Source: Botryllus schlosseri (Eukaryota). From it: a stretch of 64,000 nucleotides of DNA. Shown here one piece after another: positions 60,586-64,000 of the stretch; position 1 is the stretch's first letter; the number at the start of each line of letters is the position of its first letter. The DNA lies in contig CM119379.1 of the NCBI GenBank assembly GCA_051294905.1, positions 23,312,001-23,376,000 on the forward strand, given 5' to 3'. Made by a program: the position numbers and the translations under genes. The notes under the pieces are model-generated. The model did no database searches, had not been told where the DNA came from, and was given only the letters and a program-made list of their open reading frames with translations.

Positions 60586-63500
60586 TGGCGATGGACGAGG
60601 CCTTTTATAATGCTTTGATCCAAGCAGGGATTTGGTCTGGAATTGATCTGGACACTCTCGAAATTTTCAAATCTGGTTATTTTTTCGGTGATTCGTCGCA
60701 TGATGACAAACGCCTGCAGAAAATCTTCGCTGGTTGTACATTCGGTCTATACTATTATCTTGCTGAAATTTGGATAGTTGCTAGTTTAAAGCTACTTTTT
60801 CTTGATTTTGATAGAGAAATGCAATGAGTGAATGCATGTTTACGGAATACATGCTCCACTATATGTTGTAGAAAGCGATTGTTTCCGCTTCCTGATGTGA
60901 TTGTCAATCACAGGCAGGCAACATGAACACTGAACAGGGAAATCACCGGCGCACGCTACTCATGAATGGTCAGCTCACGTTTGGTCCAGCATTGATTGCG
61001 AACTACACATTTCTTTATCGGGTATCCACGCTGTCATTTCCATTCAATGAAGTCCTGATTAAAATGAAGGGCGAATATGCGTATATATGGAAGATTTCAG
61101 AAGTAATTAACGACATGGATATCTAGATAGCGGGTTGTGAGAAAGCTTTAAGGATCGTTGGTTGATGAGAAAAGTAGGTATTTAGATACGCGTCCGTGTA
61201 TATGTGACGTTGTGAATTCGTACATCATCTGGCCGCTGTTACTGTGGCCGGCATGTTGATGGTTACGCCGAGTTGCTCAATCGAGACTGCCATGATGTAT
61301 TTGGATAGATTACCAACAGTCATTGATGTAAATGTGTTATATATTAATGACCAAGTAGTACATGATTCGAATTGGCGGCGAACCGATTAGATCGTCCGTT
61401 GTATATTTTTGTCCTTCATGTCTTTGCGACATATACGCCGACTCGTATACATTTCACACGATCTGTGCAAATGCATGCCGTGACTACATGGTGTGCATAT
61501 GGCGCTGGACAAGGAAAGTACAGAAATAGTCATACATCCCCCTCTTATCCCTGTAATGCTGAGCGCCAAGTGGGGACGCCATAAATACGAGCTTTGCTGA
61601 TCAGTAGAGCAAGTTTTTGCACCTTTTTTCAACAGATTCCGACACCTTAAATACTCAGAACTGACGTCATGGCGTTTTAAGCTGTTTGGAGGATTATTAT
61701 ATTGCAACTTTTTTCGATTTTTCTGGCAAATTTTCGCATGTTTTCTTTTTTCATGCAACCAACTTTTTACTGGAAATATCTGTCACAACATGGAAATAGA
61801 TCGCTTGATTATTTCCCTGTTGTTTAGATTCGAGGTCCTTTCTGATTTGACGTACATTCAGGCTAGGCCGCCGAAAAATATATTTTCACTGAGTAAATTT
61901 TTTCAGGCTATTGATTTTGAAAGGCTTGGAGGTACAAAACTACCGGCTATTGATTTTGTAGTAATCGCCGACACTGAGTTTTGCTACAGTGCCATGGATA
62001 AGGATCGATTCGAGCAGCCTATCTCAGACCTATCTCGACTTGACTCGAGTCAAAACTATAAAACTGATATTGACTTGTGACTCGGAGCTTTGTGACTTGG
62101 TTACAACCCCGGTCTTTGGTCTAACTATAGATCACTGGTAATCGATGAAAATATAAAATCCGACGCTTACTACCATTGCACATTGTGTGTCTTGAGCTGA
62201 TGAAAATATAAACCCCTACGAATACTTTTGTTCCTGCTTCGGGCACCCGGTGTACTCTTCCCACTCGTTCTCGCCCATCTTAAAATTGGGACTGCAATCG
62301 TTGGCTAGCGTTCATCATCTTCATTGGCTTACCATAAGCAACAAAAAACAGATATCAGCGCGAAAACAATGAAGATCAAACTATAGTATACCGTATACCC
62401 AATCATCAGTACGCACACGATATTATCATTGCAGTTCGGTTGATTACGGCGGGGGAGATAGCGTAGTGATGACGATAAGCGCCTGCGGCCCGGGTTCGAT
62501 TCCGCAACGGAGGTAATTCTGGGCTCCTCTTCCCCCGCGTTGCTGTTCTTACAAAAAATCACAGAAAAGAGTGCACTTACGCTTACAAGGAATGGAAAGG
62601 GCCGCGGAATAGAGACAAACGTCGCAGAAAGAACTGCGACGTCGGGCACTAGGCCGAGGCGGATGCCAGTTCAGGAGACCGGAATTGGTCGTTCGGCATC
62701 CTATCTGTTCATCACATCGCATTGCACATTGTGTGTGTCTTGTTCAGATAAACATATAATCTGAGGATTATTTTATCTCTACCGACGTTGACTTTAAAAT
62801 GGAAAAGTGGTGATTCCATTCAAATTAAATTATTCAATAAGAGCCATAACTACTTAACCATGAATAGCTGTAGCCATCCGCGTAGCTTTCAAGTCTTGTT
62901 ATTGGTTGAGAATGACAATAATAAGCCCTACGGTTTCCTATTCCTAGTTGATACTGCATGATCAATAAAAGCGAGGACGTGTGCGACTATTGAGATTATA
63001 GATCTATTAGATCTATAGTGCGACATGTTTTAGAGAAATCTGAGGGTACTCTTATATGTACATTGTTCAGTTTCATGTAGTGCTGAAATAGCTCGAAGCG
63101 GTCGCGATCTCCATTTCTCGTGCAACAATTTCAGGGTGTCAAGCTTGTGATCAGCCTAGTTCTGGTTGCATTCATATACGGTACTTTCCTCCTATAATCT
63201 GGAGGTGTGACACACTGTGACTGCGTGATAATCCTGCCAATTTCGTAAAGTGCTTCTGGCCATCAGATGTTGGCCATCATGTGTTGTCGATCACAGCCAT
63301 CTTATTTGAGGGCACTGGAAAATGAAGACGGGATGTGGATTTTGCATTGTAAATATTAAATTATCAAACGCTTATATTGGAAATGAACTGTCATAACTGT
63401 GTTGACCTTACCCCGTGTTACTGAATCCAAAAATACAGCTTTTAGGCCTAGACCAGAGGTGGACAATTACTCTTTCAGGATGGCCAATAATTTGCAAATG

Positions 63501-64000
63501 ATAGGTTGGCGTATTATCTTTCTAAATCGAAAATAGTCAATCAAATTGAAATTGCTAACACATGCTGCTAGCAGTGTTAAGTGCATACATTATAATGAGA
63601 AAGTGTCATTCAATGTCGTTTTATTCAATAAAAATGTATTTGGGATATTACAAAGCTGGTCTTGGTCCCAAGCCGTGTCCAGCTTGGTGGTTAGCCTTGT
63701 TGTTTTGAGAGCTTCGCTGGCTGCTGGCAGGTGTTCTGAAATTCGCGCTCACTTGTGATCAGCCGAGTATCTGCATGTCACTGCGTTTTCGCATAATGCC
63801 GACTCAAATTATATTCCTAAACACGTTCACCTACTCACCACAACAAACGCTGTTTTAAATGTGGAAACGTGTGTTTTGACTTGAATTGTTGCGTCACAAT
63901 TTGCGTAATTATGGTACATGAATAAACAAACAAACAACATTTCCGGTTCACTTTATACACCCTATTCACGCACTATTCAAAACTTGGTTTTATGTTCTAA

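Noticed and set aside
61790-62080. 96-aa ORF
   Set aside because: It spans MITE-derived sequence (TAGGGCAAG family copy and a GACTCGAGTC fragment).
63546-63790. Possible terminal exon of a minus-strand gene entering from the right edge (EHLPAASEALKTT...)
   Set aside because: Only a plausible acceptor and a 48-codon open frame; no homology and no flanking context in the window.

Overview
Eukaryotic (invertebrate metazoan-type) genomic DNA with GT-AG spliceosomal introns, many only 60-80 nt, and the standard genetic code. There are no prokaryotic features or CRISPR arrays. Conserved genes, left to right: the 3' 24 exons of VWA8 (+), intronless HSDL2 with two SCP2 domains (-), intronless CFAP20DC/C3orf67 (+), 5-exon CLPP (+) and 8-exon DDX47/RRP3 (+). 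Between CLPP and DDX47 (24.3-55.0 kb) lies an accessory block with at least six small minus-strand genes of one design: a variable N-terminal exon, a phase-1 intron, then an exon encoding a two-helix membrane hairpin. The last three carry PPxY tails and arose by tandem duplication of a ~4.5-6 kb unit that includes the head-to-head promoter and a dead copy of DDX47 exon 1. The block also holds a young full-length Ty3/Gypsy element (138-bp LTRs, 5-bp TSD) whose gag is split by a MITE. Many hAT/Buster, Tc1/mariner-like, P-like and Mutator-like non-autonomous elements, tRNA-derived SINEs and L2-like LINE 3' ends are scattered through the window. Exon boundaries, TSDs and translations were read by eye, and gene names rest on recalled motifs rather than database searches. 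Frameshifts could be assembly errors.
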